DNA of 64,000 nt from Mantamonas sphyraenae STR306. Lineage: Eukaryota; Protista; CRuMs. How positions within the stretch are numbered: position 1 is the first letter of the stretch; the number at the start of each line of letters is the position of its first letter. Positions 23,101-34,400 of the stretch are shown here, one piece after another. The notes below the pieces were generated by a model, which saw only the letters and a program-made list of their open reading frames with translations, did not search any database and was not told where the DNA came from. The translations under genes were made by a program, and so were the position numbers. Location: positions 434,001 through 498,000 of the forward strand of contig JAPMXV010000052.1 in NCBI GenBank assembly GCA_026936335.1. Direction: 5' to 3'.

Positions 23101-25598
23101 TGGGCCAGGCCAGCGACAACATTGTGGACCTGGCAGTGGCATCCCACGACCTCGAGCGCCGCGATGTCCTGGATTTCGTCAAACGCATGCACAAGGACGA
23201 CGATGACGATGGGGACTCGTACACTCCAGACACACCCACAAGCACAGCATGCGAGCGTGCTGTCGTGGCCGTGCTGCGCTCAGTGGCGGGTGTTTCCTTG
23301 GAGAGGTACAAGACACTCATGGGCAAGAAAGACTCCAGCACAGCCTCCCATGCCTGCGCGTTCAAGCTTGCCAGTGCATGCAACTCCACACGGAAGCTGT
23401 ATGGGGACAAGCACTCCTTCAACCTGCAGCTTGCCGCTGAGCGAGAGAAGCTCTTTGGGCGATGGGCGTTGGGCGCGCTGGTGGACGGGTTGCTGGCGGC
23501 ATGCAGGGAGGAGGGGGTGGACAGTATGATGGCCTGGTCTGTTCTGCGTGGAGCCGTCTCCTCGACCCCGATTGCGTGCCCAGAAGGCGAGTACTTGCCG
23601 CCGCCGTGCGAGCAGTGCATTTCAGGCCGCACGGACTGTGAATGCGATGTCGGCAATTGGTTACACAACGCAAAGCTGAGTGACAATTCCCCGCAGGTTC
23701 ACGGCCTGCGATCGTCACTTGCCTGGCATATGATGATGATGGTCGAGGACGACGGCGAGAGCGGCTGCAGCAGCAGCCGCCTGTTCCCGCCAAACGCCAT
23801 CGAGGCGATGCACGTGTGTGCCTCAAGGTGCGCAACCGGCACTGCTCGCATTGTCACCTACAACGACGACATCATTCCCGCGGGAGAGATGGGATCGTAC
23901 ACCGACGCCTTGTTTCTCGCGGCCTTCGACATCTTTCGCGTGGTTGACCCATCGCACGCCCCCCGGATTGCGAAAACACCCTTCATCAACGGCGAGCACA
24001 TCTCGGTCCGGATGTTCTCCGCCGTCCATATGCTTCACGTGCGGCACTGGCAGGTGCCTGCCGGGACAGGGCAGCGCCGGCTGTACCATCTGGAGAATCT
24101 CATCCTCCCTCACGAACGCCTCTCCCTGTTCCCCACCCTACGCTCGAGCCTCCACCTTCTCCGGAACCCTGTTGCAACGGCGACACCACGTCCCACCGAC
24201 GATGCAGAACTGCTCCGGTTCTTGCAGGGAGACAAGCGGATCCTCGACGATACACCAGATGCTGTGCCTGCACAATCGTCACCGTTTGTGTCTCACAGCA
24301 ACCAGCGGTACACCTTTTCGAGAAACGGCAAGGGCGCCCTGGAAGGCACATCGAAACGGGGCCGCGACGGAGACGCACACACGGAGCAACAGCGCAGCCA
24401 ACGACGACTCATTGACCGTGTTGCGGGTGTGGTTGTCAGGCTGTGCCAGATTGGCATGTATGTCGCCTCCTACCAACACCAGGAGGGCCGGTTGGAGAAC
24501 GATCCCCAACACACGGCCCATGGTCACGGAGTGGCACGAACTCAGACTGCTGCAGTACACAACCTGCTCCGCAAGTGGCTCCCGCGTTCGGCCGAGAAGA
24601 TAATCCGTCTGGGGTTGTGCCCACAGTCACTGGAACACACGCGGCGTCCGCACGGCGTTGTCAGCTCGTTCACACGGCTCATTCCGCTGAGCACCGAGGC
24701 GAACAATCGATTGCAGCTTGTGGGCATGGACCCGGGGATCTCGAACGCGCCATCTGCTTTGTGCATCCCGAAGAAGAAGCCCGCCAAGGACGACGACAAC
24801 CCGGTCCACTTCGCAGATGCCTGGCGCTTCTCGCCACCCTCGCTAGGGGCCTTGGAACGAAAGACAGGACTCAAGCGCGACAATGCACAGCTCTCTGTGA
24901 CGGTGCATGAGAAGATGCAGGTCCTGCGCAGCAAACGTGCCAGGTTGTTTGCGGACGTGCACATTGCGGCCAGGACTGGACGGGTGCTGAGGAGCCAGTG
25001 CAGCGGCAAGAACCTGGCGTCGTCTGAACAATGTTCATCCGCTCATGTGCATGACGGATGCAACCAGAGTGGCCACAGTGAGACGCTTCATCGACGCGAC
25101 AAGAACGGCAAGGTGCGCAAACTCCGGGAACGCTGGCTGGCGCAGGTACGGGCGACCGAGAAGATGCAGTTGGAGAAGGGGCAACTGCGACGCATCACAC
25201 TGCTGTGTATCGGTGACGGATACAAGGGCGGCCGAGGGGGGGTGAAGAAGCTCGAAGCTCTGGCCGCGCACAACATGCTCGTTGTGCGTGTAAATGAGTG
25301 TAACACAACGCTGCGATGCCCCACATGTGGCAGTGTGCACGAGAGCAAGCACGGCAATGCCCGCACCGCGCGGGTCAAGTACTGTACGCGATGCAAAATG
25401 CACCGGAACCGGGACTTTGCCAGCGCACAAGCAATCGCGAACAAGGTGTACGCTGCGCTTCGCGGACACACCATATGGTGCATGACCAAGGTTTGGCAAC
25501 GGAGTCAGATCGGAAGGACGTTCCGAAGCAAGATTGGTCTGCCAGAGGACGTGGACGGCAAGGCAGAGACCCTGGAGGCGAATTCGAGTGCAGGCTGA
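20120..25598 (+). CDS. Giant Fanzor1-type RNA-guided nuclease (~1,790-1,800 aa)
   Basis: Uninterrupted ORF 20187-25598. RuvC-I LVGMDPGISN (D 24729), LLCIGDG, rearranged E in VRVNECNTTLRC (25296), Zn finger CPTC...CTRC, RuvC-III RNRDFASAQAI (D 25413). Probable exon 1 at 20120-20254 (MSEHTKQTKQKGQRKRRH..., NLS-like) joined by phase-0 intron gtgtgc..cag 20255-20375; alternative start ATG 20199. Confidence 0.88.
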
Positions 25599-25618
25599 GG
25601 ACGGGGCACCAGGACCGT

Positions 25619-25650
25619 CAACCAACCAACCAACCAACCAACCAACCAAC
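25619..25650. repeat. (CAAC)8 microsatellite
   Basis: Direct read; lies between the Fanzor stop and the right TIR. Confidence 0.95.
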
Positions 25651-25770
25651 ACTGGGTGTATTATGCCACCTGACACAGGACGTAGGTTTTGTTTTCCCGA
25701 GCCCAATCGCGTTGCGCCAGCTGACTCAATTTGAACCGAACAGCCTGTAAACGTTCCCATGACCTCGTAT
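25651..25770 (+). ncRNA. Candidate Fanzor1 omegaRNA (scaffold ending at right TIR/TA, guide from flanking host DNA)
   Basis: Positional inference: 149 nt separate the stop from the element end, and Fanzor1 omegaRNAs span the right end and read into the flank. Confidence 0.5.
25726..25747 (-). repeat. Right terminal inverted repeat
   Basis: Reverse complement caggctgttcggttcaaattga, followed by TA. Confidence 0.92.
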
Positions 25771-26178
25771 GTGTCACCGTCCCTGTCCCCTCACCTGTAT
25801 CTATCCTCTCTCCTGTACCCTTCCCCTGCTGCATCCTGCATGTGACTGCCACTGTGTTTTGCGCCGACTTGCGCTTGCACCGGCACTTGCAAAAGCGCGC
25901 GAAGTTCCCGCGTTTCCTCCCCTTCTTTCACCGCCTCCCACCGAGTGCCATGCCGTGCCATGCCCGCGCCTCTATGTCCACGGGCTTGTATCCCATGATG
26001 TGGCTTTGTTGCAGCATACGCCGTCTCTGCAAACCATCTTTGTGTTTCTTTTGCACGCTTTTCCATTGGCTGACGTTTTTTTTGAATTTGAAATTATCAC
26101 CCGTTTGTTTTTTGCCTCGGCGCCCCACACAGACGCAAGGGCTCCTTCTCGGTTTCCATCAGCTCCTCCATTGACCGA

Positions 26179-28217
26179 GTGGATTTTTCGCGCAACGTGC
26201 CTGGTGCGCTGCCTCGGCAGTCTCCCAGACAGAGTGGAGCCCCGCCCAAGGTGAGCCTGGGTCAAGACTCGCTGCCACCGCTTTATCGTTTCAACCCAGC
26301 TTCTGTACAAACCCCGCAGCACAGCGCTGCAAACACAACGTCAACACACGCGACAGCCAACAACCACTCCTTGGCACGCAAGCAGCTCATGCAGGCTGTG
26401 TTTGACTCACGCAAGCGTTCAAGAGCCGACGCAGAGCTTGACGACGGCCCAGGTGTCATGGTGCGCATGCCTGGCGCAGCTCAAGGGGCCATGCGTTCAG
26501 GCAGCCGCAACTCGCCCAGCCCCACCACCATGATTTCGGTGGGCACAAACTCGAAGCGTGTCCAGGTCATGCCCATGTGGCCTGATGGGACGTTCGCATC
26601 GGGCTCAGCCACCTTGAACCCGAAACACCCTTCCCCACCACCACCACCACTACAACCACCACCGCCGCAGCATCCGCCTCCTCATTCTCCAACGCAAACA
26701 CATCTGCAGCAGCCACAGCCGCCCTCATGACACGCTTGCTGCAGGGAAAGTCTCCTGCAGAACGAGCGGCTGCCCAGGACCAATCCATGCCCCTCAGTGC
26801 ACCGGCTGCCAGCCACACACCGAAAAAGGCACGCGTTGAACAAACTTCGTCTTCGGGCTGTCGCTGCAAGTATTCACGCTGTCTCAAATTCTACTGTGAA
26901 TGCTTCCGACAGGGCGGCATGTGCGGCGAGTCCTGCGAGTGCAAGAGTTGCCAGAACAACGAGGAACACGAAGCGGAGCGTCAGGAAGCCATCGAACAGA
27001 TCCTCAAGAAGGACAAAAATGCATTCAAGAACAGTCAGCAGGTGCGAGGGTGCAACTGCGTAAAGACGCAATGCCAGAAACGTTACTGCGACTGCTTCCA
27101 GAAGGGGCTGCCGTGTACAGACCGGTGCCGCTGCATCGATTGTCTCAATGGCAACCCAGACGCAGGCATGGCCAGCAGCCTGTCTCCCAGCAAACGCAAG
27201 CAAAAGCACTTTCACAAACACATGGGAAGCTCGCAGCAGCTGGGTACCTCGGCTGTGCTCGCTGCAACCGCGCCGTTCGGCCATACACATGCTCACCCTT
27301 CCACCATGATGGATGTGGAGGGCGTCGACGTGGACGGCAACATGGCAGCCGCCGTCGCACAAGATGCACGACTGCCGGCACACTTGCAGTCCGAGGCTGC
27401 GCAGACGCTGATTGCACAGCTGGAAGCCAAGCGAGAGACATGTTTCTGGAGCAGATGAATGGCAACATGGACGAACACGTGCGCGAGGTGTTTTGCCCAA
27501 CAGGTGCGCACCATCCAAAACCAGCTCACACAGCTCAAGGCGTCTCCCCTTCGAGGACTCGTCAGCAACAACGTCATCACATCGGCGTGCACCGTGCTCC
27601 TCCTGGCAGCACAAGAACAAGTGCAGAACCCATCCACGCTCGATGCGGACGAGCTGCTGCGCCAACGCCTTGAAGCCGGTAGCGCTGCAGCCGCAAACGA
27701 CGCTGCACACATCGAGAGCCTTCTGCGTTGCGACGACGAGCAGCTGGACGAACCGGCTGGCTCGGGTGAGGCCACCGTGCGCCAGACGTTTTCTCCCAAG
27801 CCACGCAAACCCACACACAGTCTGGCCGTGCGTCAGGAAAACGCAGTGCTTCGCTGCATGCTGCAGTCCCTGGAAAAGATTGTCGACACATTCGAGAGCG
27901 CTGTGGATAGGCACAACACTGCCGTCGAGGTGCTCAGCACGCAGATGGCCATGGCCAACAAGGCCAACGAACAGCAAGCACTGCAGATGCTCAGCTCCAG
28001 CGTGCGTCTCCACCAGGGCATGCATACTCCCATGGCACAGCCTTCTGCCTTGCGTGAACCCCCCGCCAAGCCTGCAAAGGCCAACGGTGGCATTCGCCCA
28101 CGCGCGCGTGGCCACAGCCCTCGCAGCGACCGACGCAAGCGATCTCTCGACTTTCGAAGCGAGCAAGACGATGAAATGGCTGCCGTGGCTGCCTTGAGCG
28201 CCTTGAGCAGCATGTGA
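26179..28217 (+). CDS. Tesmin/TSO1/LIN54-like CXC-domain protein (frame breaks near 26725 and 27430-27495; start uncertain)
   Basis: Two CXC domains GCRCKYSRCLKFYCECF..C..C.C..C.N and GCNCVKTQCQKRYCDCF..C..C.C..C.N with linker ERQEAIEQILKKDKNAF. Confidence 0.85.
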
Positions 28218-28240
28218 GACAGTCAATGAGTCAATTCATC

Positions 28241-31200
28241 TCAAATCAACGCGCCTTCCTCACGCAACTCCACGTCGCGCACAATCGTGAGGAACACCTC
28301 CTCCAGCGACGACTGTGACACTCCCCAATCCTTGATACCGTACACGTTCTTGTTTGTCTCCAGCTCTCGGAAGAGATCCGAGAGGCGCACACTCGTCTTG
28401 GGCACCTTGAACGTATGCGAGCCCGAGAAGCTAGTGATGAGATCCGAGTTGGGGCACAGCTGGCGAACGTACGCAATGGCTCGTTCGTTGTTGTCCACGT
28501 CAGACACAACCTCCAGCGTGTAGCCGCGTCCGTACTTGTTCTTGAGTTCCGACTGCGTACCGATTGATCGCAACACTCCCTTGGCCATGATACCGATGCG
28601 CGTGGACAACGCATCCGCCTCCTCCATGGAGTGGGTTGTCAGAATCACCGAACGGTGCTCCTGTGCTCGGCGAATGATCCGCCAAACGTCACGGCGCACC
28701 GATGGGTCCAGGCCCGTGGTCGGCTCGTCCAGAATCAGGAAGCGCGGGTCACCGCTGTATGCCGCAATGGCCAGACTCAGGCGACGCTGCATACCGCCGG
28801 ACAGATCCAGAGCAAACTTGCGTGCGCTTTCCGACAGACCAACCTGTGAGATGGCATACTTGGTCAATTCCTTCTCGTCGTCCGCGTGCACGCCCTTGAG
28901 GCGCGCAAACAGCAGTACGTGCTCCTCCACGGTCAAATCATCGAACAGTACGTCGTGCTGCGGGCAATAGCCCAAGATCTGGCGCACGTTGTCGATCTGC
29001 GAGTTGAGGTCGAAGCCGTCCACGATCGCAGTGCCCTCGGTGGGGCGGTACATCCCTGTGAGCAGCGAGCACAGCGTGGTCTTGCCTGCGCCGTTCGGGC
29101 CCAGCAATCCCAAACACTCGCCCTCGTTGAGGTTGAGGTACATGCTAGTCAGAGCACGCTTCGGCGGCGCACCGCCTGCGCTGGGATACACCTTTGACAG
29201 GCCTCGCATGCTCACCAGGCCTACTTCACCCTTGAGGACACGGTTGCGCTCATCGATCACAGCCTCGTCCATCTCATCCGTCACCAGGCCCGCTTGGTTG
29301 CCCAGCAACGACGCAGTGTCCGAGAATTTGTCTTGCACAGCGCCAGAACGGCCACCGCCGCACATCTGCCAAAGCGTCTGAAGGGGAAACGTCCACGGGC
29401 GGCGGTTGCCAAACTTTCGTGGCAGCACCTGTTCCAGATACACTGTCAGCAGGAAGTAGGCGATGGAGGTAAGGTAGAGATAGGTGATAGCACCTGGGAT
29501 CTCGCTGCCCGTGATGTTGGTCAGTGACGCCGGTGTCAGATTGTTCTGCACCAGCGTGTTTGTCAACAGGGTGATGATTCGCGAAAAGGCAAACGGGGGA
29601 ATGATCATGAACCAGAACGGAGCCTGTTCGGTGACATAAACCGTCTGGCTGAGCAGATTGCCGAGGACCACGCTCAGGACCACAAACAGATATGAGACGA
29701 TGGATGCAGAGCGAGGCGAATTGAACACCACCGATACAAAGAACGCAAACGAGACCATGGCGAAGCCCCAGCCAATCCAGGTGACGATGATGATCCCAGG
29801 GCTGAGGAGCATGAAAAAGGGAAGCTTGAAGAGGACGCCAATCAGGGTCATGAGGATCGCCACAAACAGGTACAGGAGAAAGTTGTACACCCAAGTGATG
29901 CTCCAGTAGGTGAGCATGTCCAGACCCACAAGCTTCATGTGCTCCACCAGCCGGTTCGACTTTTCCACAACCAGCTGGTTGACAATGACCGGAAACAGGA
30001 AGAAGAGGGCGAACGGGAGCATGAACGGGTAGAAATTAGCCAAAAGCACGTTGATAAAGTCCATCGGAACGTACGTCCGGAATTGAATTCGGACGTTGTT
30101 GATCAGGCTCTGTTCGCCGTACCCCTTTTCTTTGAGCACATACGAGTCTGCGGGTGGTGAAAGGAAGGGGAACGTCGCGTGGTGCGATACGTGTGAGTGA
30201 TGTGCTTCGTGTGGCGCGTTTGTGCGTGTGTGTGTGGGTGTGTTTGGGTGGTCGCGTACAGAAGGCAGAGAGCAATGTGCTGGCCCTGGTGGATCCTCCA
30301 CGGTACTGAAAGAAGGATGACCGGTCCACTTCCATGTAGGTGAGGTCAAGCTGGGCTGCGTTTGGGTCGAGCGTATCCACCTGCACCGCAGAAGAAGCGG
30401 TTTGGAGGTTCCTGGCGCGTGAGCAGGTGAACCAGTCGTTCGGATACTGCTGCATGCAGCGTTCCATAAAGTCGTCCTTGCTGGGCTTGTCGTACCGAGT
30501 GGCAGTCAACATTGCTTCAATGGCTTGGTACGCGGCGGTGAACGGGTTGTCTTTCAACTGCGTGCTGCCCATTAGGATGGGGGACAGCACCTTGTCGACG
30601 TAAGTGGAGCAGTTTGCCACGAGGTTCCTGTTCTTGCCGTACCCGTTCACCTTTTTGAGTGCCGGATCTTCCAGAGATTGCTCGTAGACTCGCTGTACGG
30701 CACCCAGGTAACCTGTTTTTGAGGTCGCTGAGTACTCGCCGAGCTGGCCTGTTTGAACCGAGGCGCCTTTGCCTACATAGACGTATGCACCGCCCTCATA
30801 CGAGCTGCTGTTGTCCGGTGCGATGTATGAGTAAGGAGAACAATCTCCCAAGGACCTCGAGGAGAACGTGCCCGACAAACTGAGCACCGGCTGGTTGTCT
30901 TGGGTGGGCGTCAACTGAGTGAAGATGGCTGCAATGATGCCCATGATACACATCACCATGGATGGGCAGCACAACTGGCAGCAGTTGGTCCATTTCTGGC
31001 GAAGTTGGAAGGAGACGCTCTTCTTGAAGAGGCCGCGGAACTGGTAGGCGTAGATGCGACCTGCTGTTGCTTCGTAGCGTCTCGGCACAAACCGCTCGTT
31101 GGGGCCAAGCACAAGCTCCTCTTCCACTGCGGGGTGTATGTGCATCACATAACGTGTGAGTATGGCCCACATATGGACGCTTGTGTGCACTGTGGCGCTC

Positions 31201-31453
31201 TACACATGGACGCAAAAGACGTGCGGCGACTCGTGTATTTTGTGCACGGCTGACACGAACCTTTCGGCAGCACGGTGACGCTCTGACAGACTGAACACGA
31301 GATGGCCGTTGCGCCCGGAGGCACTCCAAGCACCACACCACAGTTTGTGCACGGGTGAGTGCGCTGTGGCTGCTGTGGCTGCTGTGGCTGCTGTGGGGCG
31401 TCCAGCGGCGGCTGTCCCTGCGCCGGCGGCTGCTGCTGCTGGGGTGTGGACAT
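28241..31453 (-). CDS. ABCA-family half transporter with N-terminal LSD1-like zinc finger (spliced)
   Basis: GLLGPNGAGKTT, GYCPQHDVL, LSGGMQRRL, ILDEPTTGLDP, ILTTHSMEEADAL, SLEEVFL; six-TM block; QFRGLFKKSVSFQLR. Confidence 0.93.
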
Positions 31454-31492
31454 TTCCGGGGTTTTTTTGGGTGCATCGTCGCTCCCAAGAAT

Positions 31493-34400
31493 ATGGAAGA
31501 AGTGCACATGAGCACTTTATCCACAGGTATTGGTCAAGGAACAGCGACTGATCTGCGCTCATCCAGCGTACGTAACGGGGCCGTCGGAGTCTGGCTTTCG
31601 AAATTTTGCGTGATCACTGACACGAAAAAGCCTCCCCGCGACTTTCCCACCGCCCGTGTTGATCGTCTGGCATGCATACACACAGACGACGGCAGCGCGG
31701 GCCTCGCGCAATGTGCGCACCTTCCTCTACCAGAACTGGGTGATGAGCAAGAAGAGCATGAAGCTCCTGGTGAGTTCGCGTGCGGCGGGAGACGTCGCCA
31801 GCCCTCTTTTCGTGCGAATCATGTTGTATGTGTTCCCTGCGCCCAGCGTAGTGCTAACACGCACATGTACACACGCTCTACAGATCCGCAATTGGCCCAA
31901 CACCTTGCTGCGTATTATGGTACCCTCGTTGTTCCTCCTCTTCCTGATCTTTGTGCAGGAGGCCTCGGTGCTGGCCACCACGGAACGCTACGCTGCAAAT
32001 GGTGAGGAATCATGGTGAAAACACCGCTGCACTTGCTCCCAATCCTTCCCCATGGTGACTGACACATCCATTGACCACTACCTGCCGTGCCGTTCATGCG
32101 CCCATCAGCCGCCCTGGCGAAGGAAGACACTGTGGGCGGCATCCCGAAATGCAGGGGCCCGTCCAAGTGCATTACGCTGGCGTACACGCCAAACACGCCT
32201 GAGAACAACCGCATCATGCAGGAAATGGTGGCATTGCAGAAGAAGAACCGTGGCAACGAACTCACGCTGAGTACGGACTTTGGCAAAACTCCGGCTGATG
32301 TCACCGGCTTTGCAGACATCGACACGCTGATCAAGCACATCAAGGATGCTCCCAACGCAACTTATGCTGCCGTCTCATTTTATGACCCCGCCAATGTCAC
32401 GTATAGCATGAATCTGCTGAGGGAGTCTGTGCAGAAGGCGAGCAAGGACCACGACGACGTGCCAAAGTACGTCCAGGTGGCCCGCCGTCTGCTGGGCATG
32501 CCCACGCCCGAGGATGGTTATGGTAGAACGACAGCATCGCATGGACAAGCAGGGCACGTGACGGACAACATGCACCTGCGCTCCGGCTCTTTCGTCAACG
32601 GCGTAAACTACGTCGGCTACACCTTGTGGACCAACAGGACTCGGTACGACGACCGGGTCTCACAAGTGTCCTACTACTACATGGACCTGCAACAGCAGGT
32701 GGACCTGGCGATGACTGAGGCCATGGTAGCCAATGGCACGGGATTTTCGGTCCAGCCCAAGATCAACCTGAAACTCAGGACGGCGCCAGTCTCGGGAAGC
32801 ATCGAATCGGCCATCTCCGGGATCAAATCGGTGGTTTTCCAGTTTGGCGGCCTGTTTCTCAGCACAGGTATCCTGGTTTCCACGATGGGCGTCATGACGT
32901 TCATCATCCAGGAGCGCAACGCGAAGCTGCGCGAAGGCATGCTCATGATGGGACTGAACCCACTTGTGTACTGGACATCTATCATGTTGGACTATGCCGT
33001 GGTGGGTCTCCTTTCGTCTGCAGCAATGTGTGCTCTGGGTGCGGCCGTTGGCTTCGAGTGGTTTGCTCGTTCAAACTTCTTCGTGGGCCTCCTTCTGTTC
33101 TGGATCTTCAGCATGGCCTCTGCTGCATTCTGCATGATGATCACCACCATGGTCAAGACCACCAAGAGTGCGCAGATCATCTGGTTCATTAACCTCTTGG
33201 TGGCGGTGCTTATTCAGCTCCTTTTCGGCGTCGCCAACGTCACCAGTATGTACACCATGTATGACACCAACAGTGCGAGTCCTGTGTGGCACTCGCTGCT
33301 TTCTGCCCTGTTTCCATGGTGGAACTTTATCCGTGTGTACACAGATGTGCGCTTGCGCGCCGAGCGATCATTCTGGTCGCCCACAGACCTCGACAAGGGG
33401 TTCAACTACTTCGCGTTTGGAGATTTGGGCAAGCCCCCAATGGTCGAACACCTGGGCTATCCATTCAATGGGAAGTTTGACCTGAAAGCACATCCGACGT
33501 ACTCGGCCCTCGTGATTGACACCCCTCTGATGACGATGGGCTACTTGGTGTTCAACATCCTTACGTACATGTTCTTCACATGGTACCTGGACAACGTGCT
33601 GCCGGGCGAGTACGGCTCTCCTAAACCGTTGTACTTCTTCCTTCTGCCGTCGTTCTGGGGTTACGGCCACGCAAGCACGGCGGAGCACATCCAGGCGCGC
33701 ACGGGGGCCATGCACGAGATCCTGCCGGATATGGACCGTGACATCACACGCGAGTACGACGAGGTGACTTCGGACGTCGACCGCTGGGCTGTGCGCTGCT
33801 ACAAGCTGAGCAAAACGTACAAGAAGAGTGCGTTGAGCAAGTCGAAGCAGGACGTGCGTGCGTTGGACATGCTCACGTTTGGCGTGGAAAAAGGCACGGT
33901 TGTATCGCTCCTGGGCCACAACGGAGCTGGCAAAAGCACAGCCATCAGCATCTTGACCGGCTTGTACGAGTCGAGCTCAGGAGATGCCACGATCTACGGC
34001 TACTCTGTAAACGAGGACATCGACACGGTGCGACGCCTGACTGGAGTATGTCCTCAGCACGATGTGCTGTGGGACGACTTGACAGCAGGAGAGCACCTGG
34101 AACTGTTTGCACTGCTCAAGGGCCTGGACCCCGAGGTGATCCCCACGCGTGTGCAGGAAAAACTGAAGGAGGTGCGTCTGACGGCCAACAGGGACCAGCT
34201 GACCTACACTTTTAGCGGTGGCATGAAGCGCAGGCTGTCGCTCGCAATCAGTTCGATTGGCAACCCGCGCATCATCTTTATGGACGAGCCGACGTCTGGT
34301 ATGGACCCGCTGAACAAGCGTCATGTGTGGAACCTGATCCAAGAGATGAAGAAGGACCGTGCTGTGATCCTGACGACACACTCGATGGAAGAGGCAGATG

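Larger units (their letters stand above)
19926..25747 (+). mobile_element. 5,822-bp TIR DNA transposon (Tc1/mariner-like ends, TA target-site duplication) carrying a giant Fanzor1; no recognisable transposase
   Basis: Left TA(19924-25)|cagactgttcggttcaagttga; right tcaatttgaaccgaacagcctg|TA(25748-49); 20/22 inverted identity; brackets the single long ORF. Confidence 0.92.

Noticed and set aside
20376-24500. Transposase (DDE/D), Helitron Rep/helicase or recombinase fused to the giant Fanzor
   Set aside because: No DD34E/D, HUH, Walker A or Ser/Tyr recombinase motif recognised by eye; a profile search is needed to exclude a divergent one.
25619-25650. (CAAC)n as a telomeric repeat
   Set aside because: Short, internal, and not a recognised telomere unit.
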